Notes under the pieces: model-generated | Database searches by the model: none | Told to the model about the DNA's origin: nothing | What the model saw: only the letters and a program-made list of their open reading frames with translations | Part shown: positions 23,640-36,892 of the stretch, piece by piece | Numbering within the stretch: the stretch's first letter is position 1 | Layout: each line of letters starts with the position of its first letter | Position numbers and translations under genes: made by a program | Assembly (NCBI GenBank): GCA_002269645.1 | Contig: NIVC01000572.1 | Location: forward strand, 124,001 to 188,000 | Reading direction: 5' to 3' | DNA length: 64,000 nucleotides | Source: Macrostomum lignano | Taxonomy: Eukaryota

Positions 23640-25340
23640 CTAACCCATGCAGACGAAAAGCCTTGAGTATACTCCTACATATAGTTCGCATATACTGTAC
23701 ACACACCACCAAGGTTGGAATGCTCAAATTGACGAAAAATTAACCCACAAAAACACAAAGAAGTTTTACTGTTCGTTTCTTTCCACAAAGAAACGAACGG
23801 TAAAAAGCAGAACACACTTTGACCTGGAGAAGCTGAAAGACAAGAACATCAGGGACAAATTGCAGAGTGAACTTGCATCGAGATTTGCACCTCTGCTACA
23901 ACTCGCAAAAGACCAACAGCAGCCACAAAGTCCGTGTGACGAATTCACGAATAATAGGATATGACAGCGGAAGCAGCAAGGAAAGTTCTGGGGAAGCACT
24001 AAAAAATCCAGAAAGCCGTGGATCATCAAAAATGTCCTAGCTACGTAAGCTACGAAGCAAAATTGACACGAGGGAGAGAAACAACGAAGGTGCAAAGGCA
24101 ACTGAGAAAAGCGAAAGAGGAATGGGCAGAGGAACATTAAGCTAGGCTGGTTGAAAGCAACCCCTTGAGAGAAACAACTCGAGTGAAGCTTATAAAACAA
24201 TCATGAACCGGATGGAAAGACGCAAAAATAACAAAAGAATGCTCATCGAGATAAAGGCAGGTTTCAGAAAAGGACCGGAGGCCAGTGGCGTAACCAGGAA
24301 TTTCAATTGGGGGGGGGGGCGGGTTGGCCTGGCTGGCCATGCCTTTGCCATTTCCACTTTTGGCGCCGCAGGCACTCATTTTGGCGCCGCAGGCACTCAT
24401 TTTGGCGCCGCAGGCACTCATTTTGGCGTCGCAGGCACTCATTTTGGCGCCGCAGGCACTCATTTTGGCGCCGCAGGCACTCATTTTGGCGCAGCAGGCA
24501 CTCATTTTGGCGCCGCAGGCACTCATTTCGGAGAACACATCACAAGAGTAATTAAGCGACTGTCTGAAGAAGTATTTAGCGCGTAGAAGTACATGTATGT
24601 CTGAAGAACGGTTAATGAATGACAGAAACCATAGAGGAACTGCATTGAGGTCAGAATCAGCTGCCGAGGCATGAAAATCAACAACTCAAGGTTTGCAGAC
24701 GACATCGATTTGATTGGCAAAGATGAGGAAGAATATCTATACAGGGGCAACCATCATTGAGAATGGGACCTCGGAGGAAAAGATCAGAATCGGAATTGAG
24801 CTCGCAACCAGCTCAATGATAGTAGGCTTGATAGGTGGCTCAACGGAGTCCGTTTGAAAATCGCCTCAAGATCACAAAGGCGGTCACCTGGGCGACACCG
24901 CGAGAGCTGGACTATGGAGAAGACACGTATAGAGACACTCAAACGTTTGCAATGAAACGTTACAGAATACTAAATGGTTTCATGGAAAAAAGAGAAAGAC
25001 AAAGGCCTAGCTGGGTTTGGAGAAAAGACAGATATTGGGAAGGAACCAGAATCTGTGGAGATCAAGCGGAGAATAAAGCTCAAATATGTACGGATATCAG
25101 ACAAGGAATTGGGAGACATGGCAAATGTCTGTTCAAGGCGAAATAGTAGGTGAAAGAAGATCTGAAGAGGAAGACCAAAAAGGCAATGGGAAGATGACCT
25201 GCAGGAATGGACCAGTTGGACAAGAGGAGTCTAAGAAAAAGCAGCGAACAGGCAGTGTTGGTGGCGGAATATTACGAGTAAGCTGGTGCATGAATGTGGT
25301 GCATCCACGGTCATAACGGCTAACAGTAAAGAAGAACTTT
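23640..25340 (+). mobile_element. Decayed, internally deleted RTE-clade LINE
   Basis: Pieces FDLEKLKDKNIRDKLQSEL, KPWI, AGFRKG, RFADDIDLIG (RT), KLKY...RRSGRPKRQWEDD-like C-terminus, in several frames with stops. Confidence 0.7.
24283..24530 (+). repeat. 21-bp tandem array (TTTTGGCGCCGCAGGCACTCA x~8) inside a truncated CAGTGGCGTA-type MITE inserted in the RTE
   Basis: The array spans ~24358-24528. The upstream CAGTGGCGTAACC end interrupts the RT at AGFRKG. Confidence 0.7.
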
Positions 25341-25927
25341 TAGTAGCCTTGATCTGGCCCTAGATGTTCATGTACATGTATGCATGCAAGCCGTTAGGTG
25401 TCGTCACAAAATATGCATGTACACAGTATAATGCACATGATTTGGGGGTAAATGGGGGCGGTATATACGCAGAGAATTAATATGCGATAACAAGCTGTAC
25501 ATGTATACATGTATACACTGTATAGTAGCTAAGGTTATTGTGTCTCAGACTTTTAAGTTGTAAACGACTAAGAGTGTACATTTTTCCAAAGCTCATGGGA
25601 AAAAAGTTTCTTATATAAAATTTTAGGTGGATACATACAATGCTGCAGTGTACTCCGCGTGCGTCAATCGAGACACGAATCAAACAACGAATCACTTTAC
25701 TTTTAATTAGCTTTTACATTATACCGACGTATGAAGTAAGTGAAAATGCTTTTGCAAATACATGTACAAATGCAAAATTTGCGATTCGCCAATGACATCC
25801 ATCGACGCCGGAAACTCATCTATTCATGCAAGAAATGCTGCTGAAAGAGTCCGGCAAAATTTTCATTGTTACGAACTGGACAGATTTTTAACAGTAATAC
25901 GTGCTCGTGCTCATACATGTACGTAAA

Positions 25928-26721
25928 CAGCAACAACAACAACAGAATACGCAGTTAGCGTCACAGGGCGCGCTTCAAAGCCAGGTCGCGAATGAACGCC
26001 ACGCCGCCAGCCGATCGAATCTGGGGCGCCGGCATCAGCCAGTGGGCATTCGACGAAACGCCGAGTGCGGGCCTGCCCCCGTTGGTAGGGTTCCTGCAGC
26101 GTTAGCAGCAGCACCTCCTGCACCGGCTCTGGGCAGTACGACTCGGCGCGGATGATGTGGCCTGCCAGCTGGAGTCGCCGACGGCGCAACAGGTCGCTTG
26201 GACGGACCAGGCCGGCGCGGTGATACAAAGCCGCGTTGGTCACTCGCTCATAGCCGATCTTGAAGGTGGCGCGCAGCAGGCCAGCGTGCACCGCGTCAAC
26301 TTGCTGCTCGAGCGACTCCGTCAGCATCCATGTATCGGCGTTGTACAGCTGGACGGTCTCGATCACCGCCTGGAACCTGCAATGCCGCCCTCTGGCGGTC
26401 AGAAGGCCTAGGACTGCAGGACTGCCCTCACAGAACGAAAGGCAGCCCAGGCAAGCCCGCGTGCGGCGACGCCGCAGATCCTCGCGGACGCCGGGAACCA
26501 GACCGCCGAGGTTAGACGAACTGCTGACAACGCGGAAGCTCTGTCGCCTGTCTATCAGCGCCTCGGCATGAAATTGCAGCCTCGATGTCGTCCGGCACGC
26601 AGAGCATGACGGTTTTCTGCGTGTTGACAACCAGGCCGACTTTCGCTGCAACAGCAACTAACTTGTCCAGTTGTCGCTGGGCGCCCTCGACAGTTGAGGA
26701 CAGCAGGTACGTGTGTAGATG
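25928..26721 (-). mobile_element. 5'-truncated RTE-X-like LINE with 14-bp TSD
   Basis: RT C-terminal part (AQRQLDKL...GLVVNTQKT, FQAVIETVQLYNADTW, RRRRLQLAGHIIR) and a (TTG)n tail at ~25928-25946. TSD TACATGTACGTAAA at 25914-25927 and 26722-26735. Confidence 0.85.
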
Positions 26722-27572
26722 TACATGTACGTAAAGTAAAGCTTAAGCTCGATCGATCTGTGGCTAGACCTACATGTATGGGCCACTGGCAAAATACTGT
26801 AAAAATAAGTTACATTTTAGGCTAATTTTAATGAGTGTATTGCAGGAGTGCTAAATATAGCTGCCAGCAGGTTCTCGATCTTTAAAAAGTGCATGGCGTT
26901 TAACTATATTGCAGCATATTTATATAACGCTTTAAAAATCAGTGAAATCCCCTTAAACTGTAGACAATAAGCTAGAATGCAGCATTGTAAACAGGCAACA
27001 CTTGGGGTAATTCTTCTAGAAATAACTTAAAGCTTTTAAAAAAATTAATGACACATAGCAGCGAAAACTCAGCTTAAAACGCAGGAATTAGCTAGTTTTG
27101 TTTTAGTTTTTAAAATTCTTTGCAACATTTTAAACCAATAAGTTAAAATATCGCGGAATTTTACGAGAAATGAAAATTCCCCGTCATTAATTGTAAACCT
27201 TGACTAAGATTGAAAGAAATTCTGGACTGATAACTGTGTCTTGTCTGCACTGTGAATAAAATGAGGCTCGCTAATTGAAACTGCTCCTTTGCTATATTCT
27301 GGCGAGTTAATTTTGGTGTTACCAAAAGCCAAAAAGTCCAAAATCAAAATCCCATTAAACGTACAGTCCCAAATCTTCCTTGTTGCAGTCATTACTGTTC
27401 TATCTTTAATAAACTTGCTTTCGATAGTCCTGAAGCTTTATTCTATTTTTAGTACCCGCTGGCCGCTGGTGTATTTTTATAAGCCTATCATCCCTTAGAC
27501 TTAAAAATATCCTCCCAGAAGCCAAATCTTAAAAGTGAGCTTCGCCTTCGCTCAGTATTATCAAGTAAAATT

Positions 27573-27788
27573 ATGGCCACAGCTGGTGACTCACTTAAAT
27601 GGCAAGATCTGTTGGAGAAAGAGTTTGACAAAGCATTTGTTGATTTGGATGTATTACTTGGTGATGTAGATCCTGATCAATCAGATATAACTGAAGATGG
27701 ACGGCAGCATTTAACAGCACTTAGTGGATCATTTGCTCAGTTGGCTCAGAAAGCACAGACAATATTTCATTATAATGCTAAGCTAGAG
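27573..27788 (+). CDS. GOPC: GOPC/PIST/CAL exon 1
   Basis: KWQDLLEKEFDKAFVDLDVLLGDVDPDQ...FAQLAQKAQTIF...NAKLE. Donor GAG|GTAAGT. Confidence 0.93.
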
Positions 27789-29535
27789 GTAAGTTAGCTA
27801 ATTTAAGATATTTTTATAATCTACAAATGCTATTATGATACTAGGCCTACTTAGCCTTGTAACCCTTGTTGACAATCTTTATAGTTTGCTAGGCCTATAT
27901 TAAATTTTCTTCAGTTTTTTCACATAGAGATGGTCAGAACAACAGGAACAAGTGGAATATGACTGGATAAGTGGGGCCTAGCAGGCATATTATAAGTGTT
28001 AGATTATTAGATAAGTTCCAGATTAGTTAATATGCCTAATAATATTAATAACAGTGAGCCACCTAGTAGGCCCTTTATGAAAAAAAGTTTCTAAAAGCCT
28101 TTCTTGGAAACAAGTGGCACCATAATATTCATTGAGGTGGCTTTTAAAGAGTATATCTGAAGTGCAATGCAAGGCTTTAAACTTGGCCTTGATATAGGCC
28201 CAAGACCTTTCAATTATCAGTGTGGATTATTAAATCATTTTATGGTTATTTAGGTTATTAGGACCTATTTATTGAGTTCTAGTTAAGTCAGCAAATTGGC
28301 TGAAAAGTTTGAAAAAACTATGTATCTAATAAATATACTAAATCTCCCATAGTCTGGAAGGTGGCCTTTATGCCAGAATTTTCGAGTGTATTTTTATTCT
28401 CATTGACAATCTAGGCGTACACTTGGCATATAGAATTTGCAGGTTTAACATGGTAATAGTATACATAGTTGGCATACAAAAAATAGCCAAGTTCAAGGCT
28501 AATGTAATTATGTAGTTAAATATCAACCAATGTCAAAAGCTCTTTAAAAATAATTGGAAACTAAAATAGAAAATATTAATGCAATTACAAAAAAAATCAA
28601 AAATAAAACAAAGAACATCAGTTTTTAGCAAAAAAAGCTGTTTTAAAGTTTAGTAAAAGTTTAGAATTCCTAAAAATATATATTCCTTAAAAAAGTGGCA
28701 TATAAACAATTTTATTTTTGGCACAAATTTTTTTTCATTTTACTTTACATTGGCATAAAATTGAAACAAACATGAATTTTCATTCTAGCATATGCCTGCC
28801 ATGATCCAGACTATGGTAAATCTCAAAAGTTTGTATATTTTGTCCATAATGCTCTAGGGATTGCAATTCTTAACCAATATTGATACTATAGTTTGGAAAG
28901 TGATATGTATGCTAGGATTTCCCAATGTACAATAAGGACTAAGGTACTTGCCATTTTTCGACATATATCAGCTTATATCTCAGTGTACATGACATAGTAG
29001 AAACATTGTATCAATAACAATTTTTTGTATTGGTGCAAAAACCTGGCATACAAACAAGCTTTAGTCATATTTTTCTGGCATTAAACCCAGTGTATATTAA
29101 TATACTATCTAAACTATGGTATTGATATTAATTAAAAAGATCTTTATTCTTATTATCTAATAATTCTTTTGCAAAAATTGGCTTTATATATTTTATAATA
29201 GGCCTAGTAATAAAATTATCTAGATCTATTAGTATTAAATTAGGTTTTTTATTAGAATCACTAACATTGTGCCATCTGAAATCTTAAGCCTAGGTCTAAA
29301 ATTAAATGCTAAACTAAAAAGACTAAGATGTTATAGTTGTTTTAGATTGCAAGCAGAAAATTATCTCTAAAGTCTATATATTATTTGAATATTTAGGACT
29401 CTGCAAAAAATAAAACAATATTTGGATGTTTTACTTTTTTTTAAATATTGTATATTGATCTTTTGGCAATTTTTTAAGCTTTATTTGAATAATAAGTAGA
29501 CAAAAGGTGTCTGACTGTCTATCATAATCATACAT

Positions 29536-29691
29536 GCGCAACTTTGGGAATCACCCGGCCATTTCTATTGGCAACATACACATGTAAGTCGCTATTGGCT
29601 GAGAGCAGTCACGTGACTACTAATCCGTCCAATAGCGACTTACATGTGTATGTTGCCAATAGAAACGGCCAAGTGAATCCCAAGGTTGCGC
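29536..29691. repeat. 156-bp palindromic hairpin in GOPC intron 1
   Basis: ~63-bp inverted arms. The loop carries the 12-bp palindrome AGTCACGTGACT, flanked by ATTGG/CCAAT. Confidence 0.85.
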
Positions 29692-31847
29692 CCAAGCATG
29701 ATCATAATTTTAGAATTTTTCAATGTTGCATTGTGGCTGGAGTCAAGGCAGGTGGTTTTGCAGTGCAGTGCAGTTTTGGGTAAATGCTAGGAGTAACTAT
29801 GACTATCTTATTAAAGCTAAATGCCTTATCGTCTAATTAGTACTACACTTGTTTTTGTGTGAAAATTAACATGTTCTGTGTGGTATTGCATTTTTGAGCT
29901 ACAATTTTAGACCCCATGTCACATGTTTACAGGTTTACATTTATTCCAATAGGGTTTTTAAGTATACAAAATATACATATATTAAACCATTCTCATATTA
30001 TAAAATACCTTTTATTACTAAGAATACTTATAAAATCTTCCATTTTTATCTAAGGTGAAGTGCATCTATCATAAAAGCAACTTATCACCATAATGACCTG
30101 CATCCAATTTTGACCTTAGATACTAAACTATTAGCATTTTGTTTTTAAGCAAAATTGTATTTCAATTAGGTAAATCTAGCTTGCTTAAATTATAATCAGT
30201 TTTGGGAGTGAGGCGCAAATTCGTGCCAGGTGCAAATCTGGCAGTGGCAAGCACAAATGCATGAAATTTAAAACAATGGTACAAATTATTGTGCCTCTTA
30301 ATGGTGTTGGTGTGAAAATTTTAGTCAAATTTCCATTTTGCCAGAAATATAAGACATTTTGGATGTTTAGGCAGAAAAACAGGCCTGTAAGCAGATTCCC
30401 AGTCTAGAAGAAAAGCTGGTTGAGAAGGAGAAAGAGATAGAGGCAAAGCTAAAACAGAAAGGGGCAGCAAATCAGCTATTGCTTAGCATATTGAAAGCCA
30501 TTGGGAGCCACTGAAAGCCACAAGAAAGAGATTGAAGTTCTACATAAGGAATGTGAGCATATTCAAAAGCATAAAGTAAGGAAGCCCATCAAGTGATGGA
30601 GGAAGTGCTAAAGTGGAAGGCACATAAGCTGTCAATGGCTAGCTTGGAAGTTGCTATGACCCCTATGAGCAAGTTGCCAAAAATCCCAAAAAACTTACAA
30701 TTTTCTGGAGTGTTGTTTAGGGTTAGGACTATAAGCTAAACTAGCTTGTGTTTCTACTTTGTGACTCTGTTTTTTATGAAAATAGCCAAAACAAAAGACA
30801 GCCAAAAACTTTTTCCAATCAAAATTTCATGGAAAGGAAAATTGGCATTTGCTCTTCTTTGTGCTTTTTTCATTTTATAGCACATAGAAAGCAGAATATT
30901 CAACTGGTGGCTTTTTTATCTAGTTGAGCATACAATATACCTGCATATAAACTTTTAAAAACTGAGGCGCAAAAAATTTCAACAGGCGCCAAAAGTTGCA
31001 CTGTGTTGCTCCAAACACTGATTATAATAAACAAATAGTAGGTTCCAAAATTAATAGCCAAAGACAAAAGGAAAAAGAAAAAACATTTTGCAAAAGGACT
31101 GAACCTAAGTTGCATAGCTAATATAATTTAAACATTGTATATGTAACCACTATAATCAATAGACTTCTATAACTTTTGTAAGTCAATGAGATTCACAATA
31201 AAGCTCATTGTTATTTTATTTGATTTTGTAAACAATTTATTATTTAAATGGTTGCTAGGCTAGATCTAAGTCCCTAGGAATTAATAGCTTATATTGGATA
31301 TTAGTATAAACAAATATAACAATTAAGGTTTTTAAGGTTAGAATCAAAGAACTACTTAGTATCTTAGGTCTAAATTCAGGGAAATACCAACAATTCTACC
31401 CAACTGTTTATACTAGACTTTTAAGCCTCTTTGATACATAAAGGTTGCAGAATTTTGGAGACTCCATGTTTATAAAGACTACCTAAATTAGACATTTATA
31501 GAAAAATCCCAAGAATCTTAATAAACCAATAAATTCATTGATACTCTAAATAAAATATGAATTTTATAAAAATATGAAGCTTATCTTTTATCCAACTTGG
31601 AAAAACAGTACCAATTTGGTATCTTGGGTCTAATTTAGGATGCCAAAATTATTTTTTGTGTCTTGACACATGCAATGGCACGAAAAATATGTAGTGATTG
31701 TACATTGCTAGCAACATTGAGGTCTCAGAGCTGCATACAAATGCCATCCAGTTTCGATATTTTTTATGGGTAAACAGTAGGAGTAAAATCCTTTTTAATG
31801 CCTCGCCAGCTAATTAGTTGAACCTTATCATTCACTAATTTCCCTAG

Positions 31848-32379
31848 GCCCAATTAGTAGCCCTAAAAGCAGACCTAAGCGAGGCCACCTCAGCTAAGCA
31901 GGCACTTGAGCAGGAGTGCCAGAGTCTGCTTCTGCAGCTCCACTCTGCCCAGTTAGCTCAAGCGGCCACCGCTGCCGGCTCGTCCGCTCTCCACCCGGAT
32001 GCCACAGCTGGGGCTCATAAATCTGGCGAAGAGATCCGCAAACAGCTGGCCACCGACTCGGAGAGAAGGCGTCAACAGGCTCAATCTGTGCACCTGGTGG
32101 CAGCCGAGCGGGATCTCCTAACCAAAGAGAATGCCGATCTCCGCCATTACTGTCTGGCACTACAGAGCGAAGTCTATGGAGCCCGACTGGCTGCCAAGTA
32201 CTTGGACAAAGAGCTGGCTGGCAGGATTCAACAGATACAATTGCTCGGCCGCAAAATGGAAGGCCCGGAGCACGACAAACTGTGGGCCCAGCTTGAGGCT
32301 GAAATTCATCTGCACAGGCACAAAACCGTGATCAGGGCTTGTCGGGGTCGGAGTCTTGGCAAGCTCACTAGGCCTAGCG
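31848..32379 (+). CDS. GOPC: GOPC exon 2 (coiled coils)
   Basis: Acceptor CCCTAG|[13 protein letters not shown]...LLQLHSAQL...[31 protein letters not shown]...[20 protein letters not shown]. Donor G|GTGAGT. Confidence 0.95.
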
Positions 32380-32436
32380 GTGAGTGAACACCATGTTTTA
32401 GAATTTTGATGGTATAGATCCCTAATCCTTTGGTTT

Positions 32437-33101
32437 CAGGTGTGAATCACGGTTCCTCAGGTGTGAATCACGATACCTTAGGTGTGAATCCCGATTTCTC
32501 AAGTGTGAATCCCGATTCCTGAAGTGTGAATCCCGATTCCTCAGGTGTGAATCCCAATTTCACAAAAGTGAATCCCGATTCCTCAAGTGTGAATCTCGAT
32601 TCCTCAGGTGTGAATCACGATACCTTAGGTGTGAATCCCGATTTCTTAAGTGTGAATCTCGATTCCTTAAGTGTGAATCCCTATTTCTTAAGTATGAATC
32701 CCGATTCCTCAGGTGTGAATCCCGATTCCTCAGGTGTGAATCCCGATTCCTCAGCTGTGAATCTCGATTCCTGAAGTGTGAATCCCGATTCCTGAAGTGT
32801 GAATCCCGATTCCTGAAGTGTGAATCCCGATTCCTGAAGTGTGAATCTCGATTCCTCAAGTGTGAATCCCGATTCCTAAAGTGTGAATCAGGATTCCTGA
32901 GGTGTGAATCCCGATTCCTCATCGGTGATACCCGATTCCTGAAATGTGAATCAGGATTCCTGAGGTGTGAATCTCGATTCCTTAGGTGTGAATCCCGATT
33001 CCTCATCGGTGATACCCGATTCCTAAAGTGTGAATCAGGATTCCTTAGGTGTGAATCCCGATTCTTCAGGGGTGATACCCGATTCCTCAACTGTAAATCC
33101 C
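32437..33101. repeat. ~21-bp minisatellite (AGGTGTGAATCCCGATTCCTC), GOPC intron 2
   Basis: About 30 imperfect tandem copies. Confidence 0.9.
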
Positions 33102-33620
33102 AGCCATTAAAATCAATTTTCTAACCTTCGTGCATACTGTTAAAAATCCATTTGTTTATCCTTAATAAAACTCATTACTTTCAATCCAGTCTCCGGTTTA
33201 TTATATCTCCAGGACATAAAAATGAAAATTGTCCGCCCTGGAGAGTCAGTATTTAAAAAATACCTGCTTGAGTGAACAGGCACGTTTCTGTTTTGCGCAG
33301 GTGTACTTCTGCCATCTTGTTGCTCCGTGTATAATTATTAAATCGATCAGGTGGCTTCATTCGTCAATAAGAAGGAAAAAGCATTCGTGGAAAAACGCCA
33401 TAGTCTTTATTGTCCAGCTTTTTGAGTAATTATATTCCTAATTGCTGTTCAAGGAGGCTCTGGGAGTTTTGAGTTGACAAAATATTTCTGTACTACACGC
33501 AAACGTGCTAAACACGTCAGAATTGCTTCTGGTTAGGTTTAAAATGCGAACTGCTTTACTGGTGTTGATAAGGCTAGTTTTTTATAGTTGTTTCATGCTG
33601 TAAATGCCGCTCTGAAGAAG

Positions 33621-34437
33621 GCCCTCCACTGCAGGACCATAAGAGGGGGCAGCGGCCCTCCACTGCAGGACCATAAGAGGGGTCAGCGGCCCTCCACTGC
33701 AGGACCATAAGAGGGGGCAGGGGCCCTCCACTGCAGGACCATAAGAGGGGGCAGCGGCCCTCCACTGCAGGACCATAAGAGGCGCAGCGGCCCTCCACTG
33801 CAGGACCATAAGAGGGGCAGCGGCCCTCCACTACAGGATCATAAGAGGGGGCAGCGGCCCTCCACTGCAGGACCATAAGAGGGGCAGCGGCCCTCCACTG
33901 CAGGATCATAAGAGGGGGCAGCGGCCCTCCACTGCAGGACCATAAGAGGGGCAGGAGCCCTCCACTGCAGGACCATAAGAGGGGCAGCGGCCCTCCACTG
34001 CAGGACCATAAGAGGGGCAGCGGCCCTCCACTGCAGGATCATAAGAGGGGGCAGCGGCCCTCCACTGCAGGACCATAAGAGGGGCAGGGGCCCTCCACTG
34101 CAGGACCATAAGAGGGGCAGCGGCCCTCCACTGCAAGACCATAAGAGGGGGCAGCGGCGCTCCACTGCAGGACCATAAGAGGGGCAGGGACCCTCCACTG
34201 CAGGACCATAAGAGGGGCAGGGGCCCTCCACTGCAGGACCATAAGAGGGGCAGGGACCCTCCACTGCAGGACCATAAGAGGGGTCAGCGGCCCTCCACTG
34301 CAGGACCATAAGAGGGGGCAGGGGCCCTCCACTGCAGGACCATAAGAGGGGGCAGGGGCCCTCCACTGCAGGACCATAAGAGGCGCAGCGGCCCTCCACT
34401 GCAGGACCATAAGAGGGGCAGCGGCCCTCCACTGCAG
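33621..34437. repeat. 33/34-bp minisatellite (CCCTCCACTGCAGGACCATAAGAGGGGCAGCGG), GOPC intron 2
   Basis: About 24 tandem copies ending ~50 nt before the exon 3 acceptor. Confidence 0.92.
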
Positions 34438-34486
34438 CGTCTTTCATCCCATCCCTGAGGCCTCTCACCTTCCGTTGCTCCCACAG

Positions 34487-34859
34487 GCCACGACTTCAAC
34501 GCTCTCCGCCGTCAGCAAGGCGTCGGCGAGCTCCGACACGTTGTAATCCGACGCGGCCCCACAGAAGGCCTCGGCATGTCGGTCACTGGCGGCAAAGAGC
34601 ACGGAGTCCCTGTGCTCATCTCTGAGATACACCCGGGCCTTCCGGCCGCCCGAACCCAACGACTGTACGTTGGCGACGCCATCGTTGCCGTCAATGGCGT
34701 GTCGCTGCGCGACGTTCGCCACGCCGACGCTGTCAGGCTGCTTAGCCAGCAGGCTGGGCCGGAGGTCGCTCTGGACGTGGTCTTCGTTACGCCGGACGAT
34801 GATAGCGACGAGGAGGCTGGGGAAGAGGGCAGCTTCACGGATCCAAGCACTGGCTATAG
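34487..34859 (+). CDS. GOPC: GOPC exon 3 (PDZ domain)
   Basis: Acceptor CCACAG|[30 protein letters not shown]...[10 protein letters not shown]. Donor AG|GTGAGG. Confidence 0.95.
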
Positions 34860-34944
34860 GTGAGGCTGCGGTCTATGTGCCTGTCCTTTTCATTCGTTTT
34901 TCACTCACACTATAGTTTTTAAGGGTTTTTCTACTTTAGTGTGT

Positions 34945-35570
34945 TCACCTCAGACAAGATATTGTCACTCCTCAGATCTCCGATTGTCACTCGAGATCTC
35001 TGATTGTCACTCTTGAAATCTCTGATTGTCACTCCTCAGATCTCCGATTGTCACTCTTGAAATCTCTGATTGTCACTCCTCAGATCTCCGATTGTCACTC
35101 TTGAGATCTCTGACTGTCACTTCTGAGATCTCCATTTGTCACTCCTGAGATGTCTAATTGTCACTCCTGAGATATCCGTTTGTCACTCTTGAGATCTCTA
35201 ATTGTCACTCCTCAGATCTCCCATCGTCACTCCTGAAATCTCAGATTGTAACCCTCGAGATCTCCGATTGTCACTCCTCAGATCTTTGTTTTGTCACTCT
35301 TGAGATCTCTAATTGTCACTCCTAAGATCCCTGATTGTCACTCCTAAGATCCCTGATTGTCACTCTTGAGATCTCCGATTGTCACCCCCGAGATCCCTGA
35401 TTGTCACTCTTGAGATCTCTAATTGTCACTCTTAAGACACGATATTGTCACTCCTCGTATCGCACTTTCCAGGTGTCACTCCTCAGATCCATTTTTCACT
35501 CCCTAGATAGCTTTTGTCACCCTTGAGACCTCCGAGGTTGTCACTCCTCAGATCGCTCATTGTCACACCG
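34945..35570. repeat. ~22-bp minisatellite (ATTGTCACTCCTGAGATCTCCG), GOPC intron 3
   Basis: About 28 degenerate tandem copies. Confidence 0.88.
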
Positions 35571-35619
35571 GCCAGCTACCACTAGCCGAATTGAAACGGC
35601 TAATCTCCAAACCCTTCAG

Positions 35620-35806
35620 ATTTCGTCTCTACGACGAGAGAAAGTCGGCGCCGCGGGAGCAGCAGCAGCAGCAGCCGGGAAGAGCTGCCAGCAGTTCAGT
35701 AGTCACTCGCTTTACCAACAGTAACGGCAACGACGTCTCTGGCGGCGCCGCCAACTCAGCTGAGTCGCCCGACAGCGGCCGGCCGGCTGCTCACAAAGCT
35801 CGGTAA
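35620..35806 (+). CDS. GOPC: GOPC exon 4 (C-terminus); total CDS 435 aa
   Basis: Acceptor CTTCAG|A in phase 2 gives YR-FRLYDE; stop TAA at 35804-35806. The four exons sum to 1308 nt. Confidence 0.85.
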
Positions 35807-35827
35807 TTTTAAAAAAATCTTTGCCCC

Positions 35828-36132
35828 AGTACCGAATACTGCTATAAGTAGTGAAAAGTCTAAATTTTTATATAAGTTTTGACTCAGTACTGAATACTAC
35901 TATAAGTAGTGAAAAGTCTAAATTTTTATATAAGTTTTGACTCAGTACCGAATACTACTATAAGTAGTGAAAAGTCTAAATTTTTATATAAGTTTTGACT
36001 CAGTACTGAATACTACTATAAGTAGTGAAAAGTCTAAATTTTTATATAAGTTTTGACTCAGTACTGAATACTACCATAAGTAGTGAAAAGTCTAAATTTT
36101 TATATAAGTTTTTACTCAGTACCGAATTCTAC
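35828..36132. repeat. ~58-60-bp AT-rich tandem repeat x5, directly 3' of the GOPC stop
   Basis: Unit CAGTACTGAATACTACTATAAGTAGTGAAAAGTCTAAATTTTTATATAAGTTTTGACT. Confidence 0.88.
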
Positions 36133-36892
36133 TATAATGAGTAGTAGTAATGAGTCTGATTTTTTAACAGAAGCATCCATATCTAAATATTCAATCCTAT
36201 TTATCTAACACATTCGACTATTGTTTGAAAAGAGAAAAAATGTTTGTTTATTTGCTCGTAAAGTCTTGCATAAGATCCGCATAGGAACAAAGCAGTCAGT
36301 GTGCTTAGTTTGTATATAAGCATCTAATACAACAATCTTATTTTAATATTGTAGATGTTAAAAATCTCGCTTAAGTCTTGTCAGTAGTATCGTTAAAATA
36401 TGAAATGTAAGAAATTTGTATAGTTTTTTATGCAGTCTATACATGCTTGTCTACTATGAGTAGCTTGATAGCATCTGATTGGTTTAGGGTTTGACAATTT
36501 AATTTTAAATCATGAATACATTTAATTGCCTATGTTTTGTAATTAATCCATTTAGCGGTTGGTTTAGAACTGCCGCGCAATAATCCAACCAATGAAAAAG
36601 TTGAGTTCTGACCAAGCAGGCAAGTGGTGCTTTTGGGACGTGTTTTGGCAAGTTTTATTCCCTTGGTTGGCAGTGCAAATGATTCTGTTATTATCTTTAT
36701 TTACGAATTTTGAACGGGATTGTGGTAATGTTTTGGTATTAATTGAATTCTTGGCATGGTTCATCTGTTTTATGTATTATAATTTCCTATAAGATTGACT
36801 ATTTCAGTGACAGCTTTTATTTTTGCATACATTGGACATGTTTGCTTATCAGTTTGGTGGTTAAATCTGTTTTTTTTAAGCGAAAACAAGAT

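Noticed and set aside
30370-30700. Coiled-coil-like coding stretch (KQIPSLEEKLVEKEKEIEAKLKQK) in GOPC intron 1
   Set aside because: Multiple stops and frameshifts, no splice signals and no recognisable family; at most an old relic.
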